Origin: Myxococcota bacterium
GTDB taxonomy: Bacteria > Myxococcota_A > Polyangia > Nannocystales > Nannocystaceae
NCBI GenBank assembly: GCA_039194325.1
Contig: JBCCWC010000007.1
Coordinates: 1 to 64,000, forward strand
DNA: 64,000 nt
Reading direction: 5' to 3'
This document shows, in pieces, positions 36,594 through 45,602 of the stretch. A program made the translations under genes and the position numbers. The notes under the pieces are model-generated. The model was not told the DNA's origin, did no database searches, and saw nothing but the letters and a program-made list of their open reading frames with translations. Position 1 is the first letter of the stretch. Each line of letters opens with the position of its first letter.

Positions 36594-37922
36594 CTACCCT
36601 GCTCCCGCCAGCCCCTTGGCCTCCAGCCACTCGAGAAGCCGCGCGGCCACCAGCGCGTGCCCGGGCTCGCGGAAGTGGTCCTCGTCGAAGAAGTACTCGT
36701 CCATGCGCCAGGCGAAGAACTTGGCGATCTGCTCCGGGTCCTTGCCCTGCTGCTCGAGCAGCGCGACCACGTCGGCCTCTTGGTACACGGCCTCGGCAAA
36801 GATCGGCGTGAAATCGATGACGTCCACCCCGTGCTCGGCCGCGTGCTCGGTCAGGATCTGCTGGGGGATCCGCGTGGCCGGGTCGCCCAGCTGGTAGGTG
36901 TAGGGGAAGATCAGCAGCGCGATCGGCAGCTCGTTGGCCTTGGCCACCTCGTAGAGCTTGCCCATCTCCGCCAGCACGATCGTCCAGCCCTCCTGGAACT
37001 CGGGGTTGGTCCGCGACTCCAGGGCCATCTTGTGGGTGTTGAAGATCTCCAGCCGCTTGGCCGCGTCGAGCGACTTGCCCGCCTGCGCGATCTTCTGCAG
37101 CAGGCGCCCAAAGCCGGTCTCGTTGGCCAGCAGGCCGCTTATCGGGTTCGGGGTCTGGGTCACGCCGTGGTAGTCGAGCCCCGTGCCCCCGTACTCGGTG
37201 TTGACCACGAAGGGCTCGGTCACGTCGTTCATGCAAAAGCCCACCGTCACGAAGTCGGGCGCCAGGTCGAGGCTGCGCTCGAGGGTCACCCGCTCCTGGA
37301 ACGTGGAGTACCCGTGCACGCCGGCGTTGATGATCTGGTGGCGGCCGTGGAGGCCGTCGCGCTCGGCGAGCAGATCCTCGAGCTTCTTGGAGAAGGTCTC
37401 CGCGTAGGTGACCCCGTAGCCCATCGTCACCGAGTCGCCCAGCATCAGGCCCCGTAGCTCCCCGCTGGGCTTTTGCCGGGGAAACTCGTCGTCGTGGAAG
37501 CCGTGCTCGTTGATGCGGATCAGATCCTCGGGGCGCCCCGCCGAGGTCAACGTGCGCACCGCCCCGGGGCGATGCACGTAGTGCAGCTCAGGGTCGTACT
37601 CCCAGATCGTCAGGCCCAGCTTGGTCAGCAGCCACCGGTCGCCCAGCACGAACAGGGCGCACAGCAAGAAGAACACCGAGAAGCCGTCGGCCCAGCTCTT
37701 GCCGCGGTAGACCTTGCGCCCCAGGGCGAAGGTGGCCGCCCCCAAAAAGAGCGCCCACAAGAAGTAGCCGCGGAGCACGTCGGCGTAGTCGACCACCGCG
37801 GCCCCGCGGGTCAGCCGACCCACCCAGGGGTTGGTGAACAGGGCCGATAGCAGCATGCCCACCCCGAAGAGGATGATGATGATGCCGCCGATCTGACGGG
37901 TCTCGAGCTGAACCTTGGCCAT
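36594..37922 (-). CDS. membrane-anchored SGNH/GDSL hydrolase (SxtL-like position)
   Basis: Three N-terminal TM segments; LGDSVTMG; NAGVHGYS; FCMND; DEDH block V. Confidence 0.85.
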   Translation of the reverse strand: MAKVQLETRQIGGIIIILFGVGMLLSALFTNPWVGRLTRGAAVVDYADVLRGYFLWALFLGAATFALGRKVYRGKSWADGFSVFFLLCALFVLGDRWLLTKLGLTIWEYDPELHYVHRPGAVRTLTSAGRPEDLIRINEHGFHDDEFPRQKPSGELRGLMLGDSVTMGYGVTYAETFSKKLEDLLAERDGLHGRHQIINAGVHGYSTFQERVTLERSLDLAPDFVTVGFCMNDVTEPFVVNTEYGGTGLDYHGVTQTPNPISGLLANETGFGRLLQKIAQAGKSLDAAKRLEIFNTHKMALESRTNPEFQEGWTIVLAEMGKLYEVAKANELPIALLIFPYTYQLGDPATRIPQQILTEHAAEHGVDVIDFTPIFAEAVYQEADVVALLEQQGKDPEQIAKFFAWRMDEYFFDEDHFREPGHALVAARLLEWLEAKGLAGAG

Positions 37923-37994
37923 GGAACGAACGGAGCTCTCAGGCCCCGGGCGAGCCGTCGCCCAGGCCCGGGGGCAGCGCGCGCCCCCCTCGGA

Positions 37995-38014
37995 GCCCCC
38001 CTTCGGAGGGGGGC
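37995..38014. other. GC-rich hairpin between the DUF5989 and SGNH genes
   Basis: GCCCCCCT-TCGG-AGGGGGGC; no U-tract, so more likely a pause/processing element than an intrinsic terminator. Confidence 0.45.
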
Positions 38015-38030
38015 AAGGGGGCAAGAAGCG

Positions 38031-38240
38031 CTAGAAGAGGGTGTAGATGAAGGGCGCAGCCGCGGTCCCGCCCAGGACCACCAGCACGCCCACCAGCAGC
38101 AGCACCAGCAGGATGGGCAACAGCCACCACTTCTTGTTGTGCTTGAGGAACTGGAAGAACTCGGACATCAGGCCCGAGGACTGCTCCTGCGCGCCCGCGG
38201 CGAATTCGTTGGCCTTGCTCTTGTCGTTGCTCTCGCTCAT
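38031..38240 (-). CDS. DUF5989 family (SxtK-like) small membrane protein
   Basis: EFFQFLKHNKKWWLLPIL...AAPFIYTLF signature; AGGAG RBS. Confidence 0.92.
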   Translation of the reverse strand: MSESNDKSKANEFAAGAQEQSSGLMSEFFQFLKHNKKWWLLPILLVLLLVGVLVVLGGTAAAPFIYTLF

Positions 38241-38261
38241 CGCGGTGTCTCCTGCGGGCGG

Positions 38262-38678
38262 CTAGAATTGCTTGAAGTAGCGCTGGGGGTCGCCCCCGGT
38301 GCGGTGCTCGACCCAGTAGGTCTTGGCGTTCTTGTCGATCTTGCGCTCGAGCGCATCGCGGCCGATGAGCTTGAATACCAGCGCGATGGGGGTGAACACC
38401 AGGTAGTAGATGACCCCCATCACCACGTGGGAGATCACCCAGCCGATGGGATACGCGGCGTAGAGCCACCCCAGGTAGATCGGCTTTTGTAAGGCCGGGA
38501 CCGCGTAGTAGGCGGCCACGATCACCGCCGCCCCGCCCCACAGGCCATAGGCCACAGTCTGGGCCTCGAAGCGCCACCATACGAGGCCGCCGATGAGGCC
38601 GAAGAACGCCAGGAACATCAGCCCGAACCAGGCTAGCTCTTTTTTGGATGGATCCTTGTTGATCTCGATGACCGCCAT
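38262..38678 (-). CDS. SxtJ family membrane protein
   Basis: KELAWFGL, IGWVIS..MGVIYYLVFTPIALVFKLIGRDAL, TYW, YFKQF; GGAG RBS before ATG 38678. Confidence 0.9.
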   Translation of the reverse strand: MAVIEINKDPSKKELAWFGLMFLAFFGLIGGLVWWRFEAQTVAYGLWGGAAVIVAAYYAVPALQKPIYLGWLYAAYPIGWVISHVVMGVIYYLVFTPIALVFKLIGRDALERKIDKNAKTYWVEHRTGGDPQRYFKQF

Positions 38679-38693
38679 TGCTCCCGTGTCCTT

Positions 38694-38781
38694 GCGTGAC
38701 CTGTTCGTTGCGTGTCCTATTTGCTGTGTGACCGGGTTGCTGCGTGACCTGTCTGCTGCGTGACCTGTCTGCTGCGTGACC
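38694..38781. repeat. 16-bp degenerate tandem repeat (GCGTGACCTGTCTGCT)x5.5
   Basis: Units start at 38694, 38710, 38726, 38742, 38758 and 38774 (partial). Confidence 0.9.
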
Positions 38782-38794
38782 CGAGACGACGACC

Positions 38795-40624
38795 TCAGTC
38801 GAGCGCGAACTCGCCCAGGTAGTCCTCCGCGTTTTCCTTGGGCTGGTCGGTCTTGTGGAGCACGTAGTTCTCGATGACCAGCACGTCCATGTGGGTGCCC
38901 ATGAAGCACCGGTAGGCGTCGGCCGGGGTGCACACGATGGGCTCACCCCGCACGTTGAAGCTGGTGTTGATGATCACGGGCGAGCCCGTCTTCTCCTCGA
39001 ACTTCTTGATGAGCTTGTAGTAGCGGCCATTGCGAACGTCGTCGACCGTCTGGACGCGCGCCGAGTAGTCCACGTGGGTGATGGCCGGCACCACCGAGCG
39101 CTGGATCTTGAGCTTCTCGATGCCGAACAGGCCCTCGTGCTCCTCTTTTTGGGGGAGGCGTTTTTCCTCCTTCACCGGAGCCACCAGCAGCATGTAGGGG
39201 CTGTCCTCGTTGGGCCGCATCTCGAAGAACTCGTCGACCCGCTCGCGGAGCACCGAGGGCGCGAAGGGCCGAAACGACTCGCGGAACTTGATCTTGAGGT
39301 TCATGGTGGTCTGCATGTCCTCGGAGCGGGCGTCGCCGATGATGCTGCGACCACCCAGAGCCCGCGGACCAAACTCCATGCGGCCCTGCATCCAGCCCAC
39401 CACGTTCTCTTCGGCCAATAGCGAGGAGACCGCTTCGACCGTCTCTTCCTCGCTTGGGTAGCGGGTATAGACCGCGTTGCGGGAGTCGAGGTACTGCTTG
39501 ATCTCGTCGTCTTGGGCTTGAGGACCCAACAGCGAGGCTTTTTGCAGGTCGGGCTTTTGGGCCCGCCGCTCGTTGTCCAGCAGCTGGTACCAGATGAGCA
39601 GCGCCGTCCCCAGGGCCCCCCCCGCATCACCGGCCGCCGGCTGGATCCAGATGTCGTCGAAGGGCCCCTCCCGCAGCACGCGGCCGTTGCCCACGCAGTT
39701 GAGCGACACCCCGCCCGCCATGCACAGGTTCTTGAGCCCCGTCTGCTTGTGGATATGCCGGCTGATCCGCAGCACGATCTCCTCGGTCACCTGCTGCACC
39801 GAGGCGGCCACGTCCATGTGATCCTGGTCCAGCTTGGACTCGGCCGCCCGCGCCGGCCGCCCGAACAGCTGGTGGAACTTCTCGGAGGTCATGGTCAGGC
39901 CCTGGCAGTAGTTGAAGTAGGACATGTCCATGCGAAACGAGCCGTCCTCCTTCAGATCCAGCAGGTTGTCGAGGATCTTGTCCACGTACTTGGGCTCGCC
40001 GTAGGGGGCCAGGCCCATCAGCTTGTACTCGCCCGAGTTGACCTTGAAGCCGCAGTAGTAGGTGAACGCCGAGTAGAGCAGCCCGATCGAGTGAGGGAAA
40101 CGCAGCTCGTGGGTCAGCTCGAGCTTGTTGCCCCGACCGACTCCCCAGCTCGAGGTGGCCCACTCGCCCACGCCATCGAGGGTGACAATCGCCGCCTCTT
40201 CGAAGGGCGAGGGGAAAAAAGCGCTGGCTGCGTGCGACTCGTGGTGCTCGGGGAACACAAAGCGCTTGGTGTAGGCACCATCGAGGGCCTTGCGCATTTC
40301 TCGGGGCAGGTGCAGCTTTTGCCGCAGCCACACGGGCATCGCCCGCAAGAACGACTGGAACCCCGCGGGCGCATAGGCCAGGTAGGTCTCGAGCAAGCGT
40401 TCGAATTTCAGCAGGGGCTTGTCGTAAAAGCCCACGTAGTCCAGCTGCTCCTTGCGAAGGCCCGCTTCCTTCAAGCAGTACTCGATCGCGTGGACCGGGA
40501 AGTTGTGGTCGTGCTTCTTGCGGGTGAAGCGCTCCTCCTGGGCGGCGGCGACGACGTCACCATCGACCACCAGGGCAGCAGCAGAGTCGTGATAGAACGC
40601 AGAGATTCCAAGAATGCTGGTCAC
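38795..40624 (-). CDS. O-carbamoyltransferase (CmcH/NodU/SxtI family)
   Basis: ILGISAFYHDSAA, QEERFTRKKH, EHHESHAASAF, DGVGE, GEYKLMGLAPYG, GGVSLNC, QPAAGDAG, EFGPRALG, KFRESFRPFAP, HVDYSARVQTV, NTSFNVRGEP; GTG start at 40624. Confidence 0.95.
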   Translation of the reverse strand: MTSILGISAFYHDSAAALVVDGDVVAAAQEERFTRKKHDHNFPVHAIEYCLKEAGLRKEQLDYVGFYDKPLLKFERLLETYLAYAPAGFQSFLRAMPVWLRQKLHLPREMRKALDGAYTKRFVFPEHHESHAASAFFPSPFEEAAIVTLDGVGEWATSSWGVGRGNKLELTHELRFPHSIGLLYSAFTYYCGFKVNSGEYKLMGLAPYGEPKYVDKILDNLLDLKEDGSFRMDMSYFNYCQGLTMTSEKFHQLFGRPARAAESKLDQDHMDVAASVQQVTEEIVLRISRHIHKQTGLKNLCMAGGVSLNCVGNGRVLREGPFDDIWIQPAAGDAGGALGTALLIWYQLLDNERRAQKPDLQKASLLGPQAQDDEIKQYLDSRNAVYTRYPSEEETVEAVSSLLAEENVVGWMQGRMEFGPRALGGRSIIGDARSEDMQTTMNLKIKFRESFRPFAPSVLRERVDEFFEMRPNEDSPYMLLVAPVKEEKRLPQKEEHEGLFGIEKLKIQRSVVPAITHVDYSARVQTVDDVRNGRYYKLIKKFEEKTGSPVIINTSFNVRGEPIVCTPADAYRCFMGTHMDVLVIENYVLHKTDQPKENAEDYLGEFALD

Positions 40625-40997
40625 GGTAGCTCGAGCTCGCGTGGCGAGGAGAGAAGGGGAGGCCGCTGGGCCGGAATGCTCGTGCGTCCGCGGCGGCCTC
40701 CTCCAAACCACTCCAGGCTGCCGGTAAATGGACCGCGCCGTCCACGGTCTTGACTGCACAACGAGCGGACTTCCCTGTGTCCAAGCTCACAATTTTTGCG
40801 CTCGAAGGTTCCCGCCCGCACTCCGAGCCACGATCCGGGGTCGAAACCGCAAGAGGGCATGTAAAGGTGTGAATTCGGCCGTCCGATTTCGGTCCGCGAG
40901 GATGGATCTCGCCGCGACCCCCCCACCCATGCAAAAGGCCACTCGTTCCGGCGAACCCCGGCTGCATGCCGGAGGTGAACGTTCCGGACCCTCCCCC

Positions 40998-41184
40998 ACC
41001 CTCGTGCACGAGGGTCCGCAACCCTCCTGACCCTTCCCCACCATCGTGCACGAGGGTCCGCGACCCTCCTGACCCTTCCCCACCCTCGTGCACGAGGGTC
41101 CGCGACCCTCTGGACCCTTCCCCACCCCTCGTGCACGAGGGTCACGCGCGCTACTGACCCTCTGACACCCTCGCGCACGAGGGT
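40998..41184. repeat. array of five 18-bp palindromes ACCCTCGTGCACGAGGGT at 42-43 bp period
   Basis: Copies at 40998, 41040, 41082, 41124/41125 and 41167; the first three linkers are nearly identical. Confidence 0.93.
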
Positions 41185-41755
41185 TCGATACCTGCCTCTT
41201 CCTTTATTCAGCCACAGCGGGTCCACAAAGGATCCGAGAGGGCATCAACTCCTCCTGTGCACCGCCATACGCACCCCCGTCGACCGATCCTGCGTTGCTC
41301 GCCACTCACGACGAAGGCGTCGATCAGATCTGATCCAGACTGAGCCAAACTGGCCCTATGCAATTTCAACTTGCTTCAACATGATTCAATCTGATCCACC
41401 CGCGCTCATCCAACTTCAACCCACCTGAATGCTGTCTGTTTCAGTCTCAATCCGATCTAACCAATCCAATCCAACCGATCCAACCAATCCAACCCACCCC
41501 TTTCAACCCACTTCCAAACAGCCGCTTGTGGGCGATCATTCAATGCAACTCGAACTTCGCGTGATCTCTGCTCGACAAGCTCGACTCGAGCACTGCTCGC
41601 CATCGCCCGAGATCTGCCCCCTAACGCCCACAAGGCCCACATGAAACCCTACTTCTACAGATGACCATTCACGAACCGAGCTCATCGAAGCCTCTCGAAT
41701 TGACCTCACAATTTGATTCGCCCGGTATGCCGACGTCGGCTATCCTGTGCACTAG

Positions 41756-43783
41756 ATGAAATCTCGGATGCGTCTTCTCCCGGCAGTGTCCTGGTGGGTG
41801 CTCGGTCTCGCGGCATGCCCATCGGACGACTATCCCAGCGCGACCACGACGGATGCGTTGGGCGGCTCGACGAACGAAGGCTCAGGCGGCGCGATGGAGG
41901 GCACCTCGGGCGACCCGACCGTCGGCGAGACCACCGAGACCGGTAACGCCACGTGTAGCGACGGCGAGCAGAACGGCGACGAGACCGATATCGACTGCGG
42001 CGGTGCGACATGTGAGCCCTGCTCCGATGACAAGATGTGCCTCGAAGCCGACGACTGTGCCAGCAACGTTTGTGCCGATGGTTCTTGTGCCGAAGCGACC
42101 TGTAGCGACGGCATCACCAACGGCGACGAGGCCGACGTGGACTGTGGCGGACCCGCGTGCCCGAGCTGCGACACGAATGCCGCATGCAACGACGCGTCCG
42201 ATTGCACCAGCGGGGTCTGTGACGACAGTCGCTGCGCGGCCGCGGCGTGTGGCGACGGCGTCGCCAACGGCGATGAGACCGATGTCGATTGCGGCGGCGC
42301 CTGCGATGGATGTCCCGATGGCATGGCCTGCACCGAGGGCGACGACTGCACCAGCCTCGTCTGTCATGGGAAAACCTGCGTATTGCCCACGTGCGGCGAC
42401 AACGTCCACAACGGCGACGAGACCGACGTCGATTGTGGCGGCTCGTGTGGTGGATGTCCCGATGGCATGGTCTGCGACGCGGGCGACGACTGCATCAGCC
42501 TCGTCTGTCATATGGATGCCTGCGTGATGCCCACATGCAGCGACGGCGTCCGCAACGGCGACGAGACCGACGTGGACTGTGGGGGTCCCACGTGCACGGG
42601 CTGCGGCACGAATGCCGGCTGCAACGAAGCCTCCGACTGCATCGACGGGGTCTGCCAAGTCGGGGACGGGGTCGAGGACGGGGGCGGGGCCTGTGCCGCG
42701 CCGGCGTGTGGCGACGGCGTCACCAACGGCGACGAGGACTGCGACGAGGGCGGCACGGAGACCGCCGGGTGCAACACCAACTGCTCCGCCCACTCGTGCG
42801 GCGACGGGATGGTCAACGTGACGGCCGGCGAAGAGTGCGATGACGGTAACCTCGACGAGCTCGACGAGTGCACGACCAACTGCCTGGCCACCACGTGCGA
42901 TGACCTGGTGAAGAACGCCGACGAGCTCGACGTGGACTGCGGCGGACGCTGCGGGGCCGGCTCGTGCAAGGCGGGCCAGGACTGCGCGGCCGATTCCGAC
43001 TGCGCCTCGATGGTCTGTAACCCGGCCAGCAACACCTGCTTCGACTCGAGCAGCTGCGTGAGTCTGCTGGACTCGGGCATCGTGACCGATGGCGTCTACG
43101 ACATCGATCCCGATGGCGCCGGCCCCGAGGCACCGTTCAGCGTGTACTGCGACATGACCAGCAGCGGCGGGGGGTGGACCCTCATCGCCCGATTCTCCAA
43201 CGCAGACCCGACAAACTGGATGCTCCCGTCGGGTGAGCTGTGGTACGACAGCCTGTCCCCGATGGGCACCCCCGACGATCCCACGATCAACGAGGATGCG
43301 CAGAGCCCCGCGTTCTGGACGGTCGGCGCCCAAGAGCTACGCCTGACCCGCTCGGACGAAGCCGGCGATCCGACGCTGTTCCGAACCAACGCGAACTGTC
43401 TGGGCGGGTCGGACTTCCGCACCGTCATCACTTCGTATGGCGACTTCAGCAACGGCGTGGTCTGGGCGGCCAATGCGGTCGCCGACACCTGCCCGGGCGT
43501 ACTCGAGGGCAACCACGCCACGACCAACGGGTTCGCGCAAGCGACCTGCGCCGGCAACATCGGCGCGCCTAGCTCGGTCAGCTTCTGGACGGACTGGGCC
43601 GCCGGAGACGGCGCGGTCATGATGCTCGGCGGTGGCGGCGACACGTGTAACCGAGCGGACCACGGGATCGGCGTGACCGAAGCCAACGATGCCCACTTCA
43701 CCGCGGATCTGGGCCACGACGACTTTGGCAACAACGGCCAGAACTACACCGATCCCTATGCCCTCAACCTGTGGGTGCGCTAG
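41756..43783 (+). CDS. Cys-rich repeat lipoprotein with fibrinogen-like YCDxxxxGGGW domain
   Basis: LAAC lipobox; multiple C.DG..NGDETDVDCGG repeats; CGDG..N..GEECDDGN; GVYDIDPDG..VYCDMTSSGGGWTLI. Confidence 0.88.
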   Translation: MKSRMRLLPAVSWWVLGLAACPSDDYPSATTTDALGGSTNEGSGGAMEGTSGDPTVGETTETGNATCSDGEQNGDETDIDCGGATCEPCSDDKMCLEADDCASNVCADGSCAEATCSDGITNGDEADVDCGGPACPSCDTNAACNDASDCTSGVCDDSRCAAAACGDGVANGDETDVDCGGACDGCPDGMACTEGDDCTSLVCHGKTCVLPTCGDNVHNGDETDVDCGGSCGGCPDGMVCDAGDDCISLVCHMDACVMPTCSDGVRNGDETDVDCGGPTCTGCGTNAGCNEASDCIDGVCQVGDGVEDGGGACAAPACGDGVTNGDEDCDEGGTETAGCNTNCSAHSCGDGMVNVTAGEECDDGNLDELDECTTNCLATTCDDLVKNADELDVDCGGRCGAGSCKAGQDCAADSDCASMVCNPASNTCFDSSSCVSLLDSGIVTDGVYDIDPDGAGPEAPFSVYCDMTSSGGGWTLIARFSNADPTNWMLPSGELWYDSLSPMGTPDDPTINEDAQSPAFWTVGAQELRLTRSDEAGDPTLFRTNANCLGGSDFRTVITSYGDFSNGVVWAANAVADTCPGVLEGNHATTNGFAQATCAGNIGAPSSVSFWTDWAAGDGAVMMLGGGGDTCNRADHGIGVTEANDAHFTADLGHDDFGNNGQNYTDPYALNLWVR

Positions 43784-43806
43784 CCGCCCTGGTATGCTCG
43801 GGGGCG

Positions 43807-44907
43807 ATGCCCCCGGCCGAGCCCCTGGATCCGCGCGAGCCCACGGTCGTCGCCGGCCGCTGGTGGCATACGATCGACGATGGGCGCGTGCAGTGCGACC
43901 TGTGCCCCCGTGAGTGCAAGCTCCGGCCGGGGCAGGCGGGATTCTGCTTCGTTCGGGAGAATCGCCACGGCCGCATGGCCCTGTCGTCGTATGGGCGCGC
44001 CTCGGGCTTTTGTGTAGATCCGATCGAGAAAAAACCCCTCAACCATTTCATGCCCGGCAGCAGCGTGCTCTCGTTCGGCACGGCGGGCTGCAACCTCGGC
44101 TGCCGCTTTTGTCAAAACTGGGACATCTCGAAGGCCCGCGAGGCCGACCGGCTCACCGATCGCGCCATGCCCGAGCGGATCGCCGACGCGGCCATCGGCG
44201 CCGGGGCCCGCAGCGTGGCGTTCACCTACAACGACCCGGTGATCTTCGCCGAGTATGCGATCGACACGGCCGCGGCCTGCCACGCGCGCGGCCTGAAGAC
44301 AGTGGCCGTGACCGCAGGCTACATCGGCGAAGCCGCCCGGGCCGATTTCTTCGGCTGCCTGGACGCTGCCAACATCGACCTCAAGGCGTTTACGGAGCGC
44401 TTCTACCACAAGCTGTGCTTCGCCCACCTGGGGCCGGTGCTCGAGACGCTCCGCTGGGTCCGCCACAACACCGAGGTTTGGATCGAGGTCACCACGCTCA
44501 TCATCCCGGGACACAACGACAGCCCCGAGGAGATCGATCGGCTGTGCGACTTCATGGTCCACGAGCTAGGACCCGAGGTCCCGCTGCACTTCTCGGCGTT
44601 CCACCCCGACTTCAAGATGACCGACATTCCCCGCACGCCCGCCAGCACGCTCGAGCGAGCCCGCGAGCAGGCGCTGGGACACGGCCTCCACCATGTCTAC
44701 ACGGGCAACGTGTACGACCAAGCGGGGCAATCGACGTACTGCCCCGAGTGCGGCACTACGGTCGTCGAGCGCGAGTGGTTCCAGCTGGGTACGTACGGGC
44801 TCGATGACCAAGGGCGGTGCACCGCGTGCGGGCACCAGCTGCCCGGAGTGTTCGACGGCCCCGCCGGCGACTGGGGCCGACAACGCATGCGCGTGCTCAT
44901 CGACTGA
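43807..44907 (+). CDS. amrS: AmmeMemoRadiSam system radical SAM enzyme
   Basis: CDLCPREC, DPIEKKPLNHF, GCNLGCRFCQNWDIS, AFTYNDP, NIDLK, HFSAFHP, YTGNV, TYCPEC. Confidence 0.92.
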   Translation: MPPAEPLDPREPTVVAGRWWHTIDDGRVQCDLCPRECKLRPGQAGFCFVRENRHGRMALSSYGRASGFCVDPIEKKPLNHFMPGSSVLSFGTAGCNLGCRFCQNWDISKAREADRLTDRAMPERIADAAIGAGARSVAFTYNDPVIFAEYAIDTAAACHARGLKTVAVTAGYIGEAARADFFGCLDAANIDLKAFTERFYHKLCFAHLGPVLETLRWVRHNTEVWIEVTTLIIPGHNDSPEEIDRLCDFMVHELGPEVPLHFSAFHPDFKMTDIPRTPASTLERAREQALGHGLHHVYTGNVYDQAGQSTYCPECGTTVVEREWFQLGTYGLDDQGRCTACGHQLPGVFDGPAGDWGRQRMRVLID

Positions 44908-44925
44908 GGACCACAGGCCCGCCGC

Positions 44926-45558
44926 TCAGACGCACGCATCCGCGTAGGACTGGCAGTCTCCGCCCGGCTGCTCGTCGAATATGTTGGCGAGGATGCAGTC
45001 CAGACACTGAGTCGGCGGAACAACGCCGCTCGACCCGGATCCGCCCGAGCCCGAACCGGTGCCCGAACCCGTGCTCGGCTCACCCACCGTGCCGGTAGGC
45101 TCGAGCACCTCGCACACCCCTAGCTCGATGCACTTGGTGCTCACGCACTCGGTGAGCTCGAACAGGTGCAATGACTCTTCGACGGTCAGACTCTCCTCGC
45201 ACTCGAGAATACAGGTGAGATCGGGCTCCGCTGCGTTCGTCGCCTCGAACTCGGCGACACACCCAACGACACAATAGAGCGCATCACGACAGGTAATGCC
45301 CGGGTCGCTCCCGCCCCCGGCAGTGGACGACGCTCCCGCGCTGGTCATAGAGTCCCCAAGCGAGCCACCGCTGGTGACAGAGACCCCAGGCAGACCGACG
45401 CTGGTGGCCGAATCGGCCGGCCCGCCGGAGCCCGTGGCCGTGGCGCCGCCCTTGCCCCCCTCGGGATCATTCTCCCCAGCGGACTTGGGCGGCAGAGCAC
45501 ACGCGCCGAGCAAGAAGGCCATCGCCCCCATGCTCATGATCATTCGAGAAGAAGTCAT
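44926..45558 (-). CDS. hypothetical Cys-containing lipoprotein
   Basis: FLLGAC lipobox; Ser/Gly linker; helical Cys pattern TCRDALYCVVGC...CILEC...CVSTKC. Confidence 0.7.
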   Translation of the reverse strand: MTSSRMIMSMGAMAFLLGACALPPKSAGENDPEGGKGGATATGSGGPADSATSVGLPGVSVTSGGSLGDSMTSAGASSTAGGGSDPGITCRDALYCVVGCVAEFEATNAAEPDLTCILECEESLTVEESLHLFELTECVSTKCIELGVCEVLEPTGTVGEPSTGSGTGSGSGGSGSSGVVPPTQCLDCILANIFDEQPGGDCQSYADACV

Positions 45559-45602
45559 GCCGGGGTCATGGCCACCCAAGAGCGATCTGGTGTCTCCGAT
45601 CG

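Noticed and set aside
36594..40624. Saxitoxin biosynthesis
   Set aside because: Only the widespread sxtIJKL-like cassette is present; there are no sxtA, sxtG or other core genes.
40998..41184. CRISPR array interpretation of the palindrome array
   Set aside because: The first three 24-bp linkers are nearly identical rather than unique spacers, the repeat is only 18 bp, and there are no cas genes in the window.
40557..41226. Minus-strand ORFs with 14-aa repeats (RTLVHEGGEGSGG)
   Set aside because: They are a by-product of the 42-bp DNA repeat; one 43-bp unit breaks the frame, and conservation tracks the DNA palindrome.
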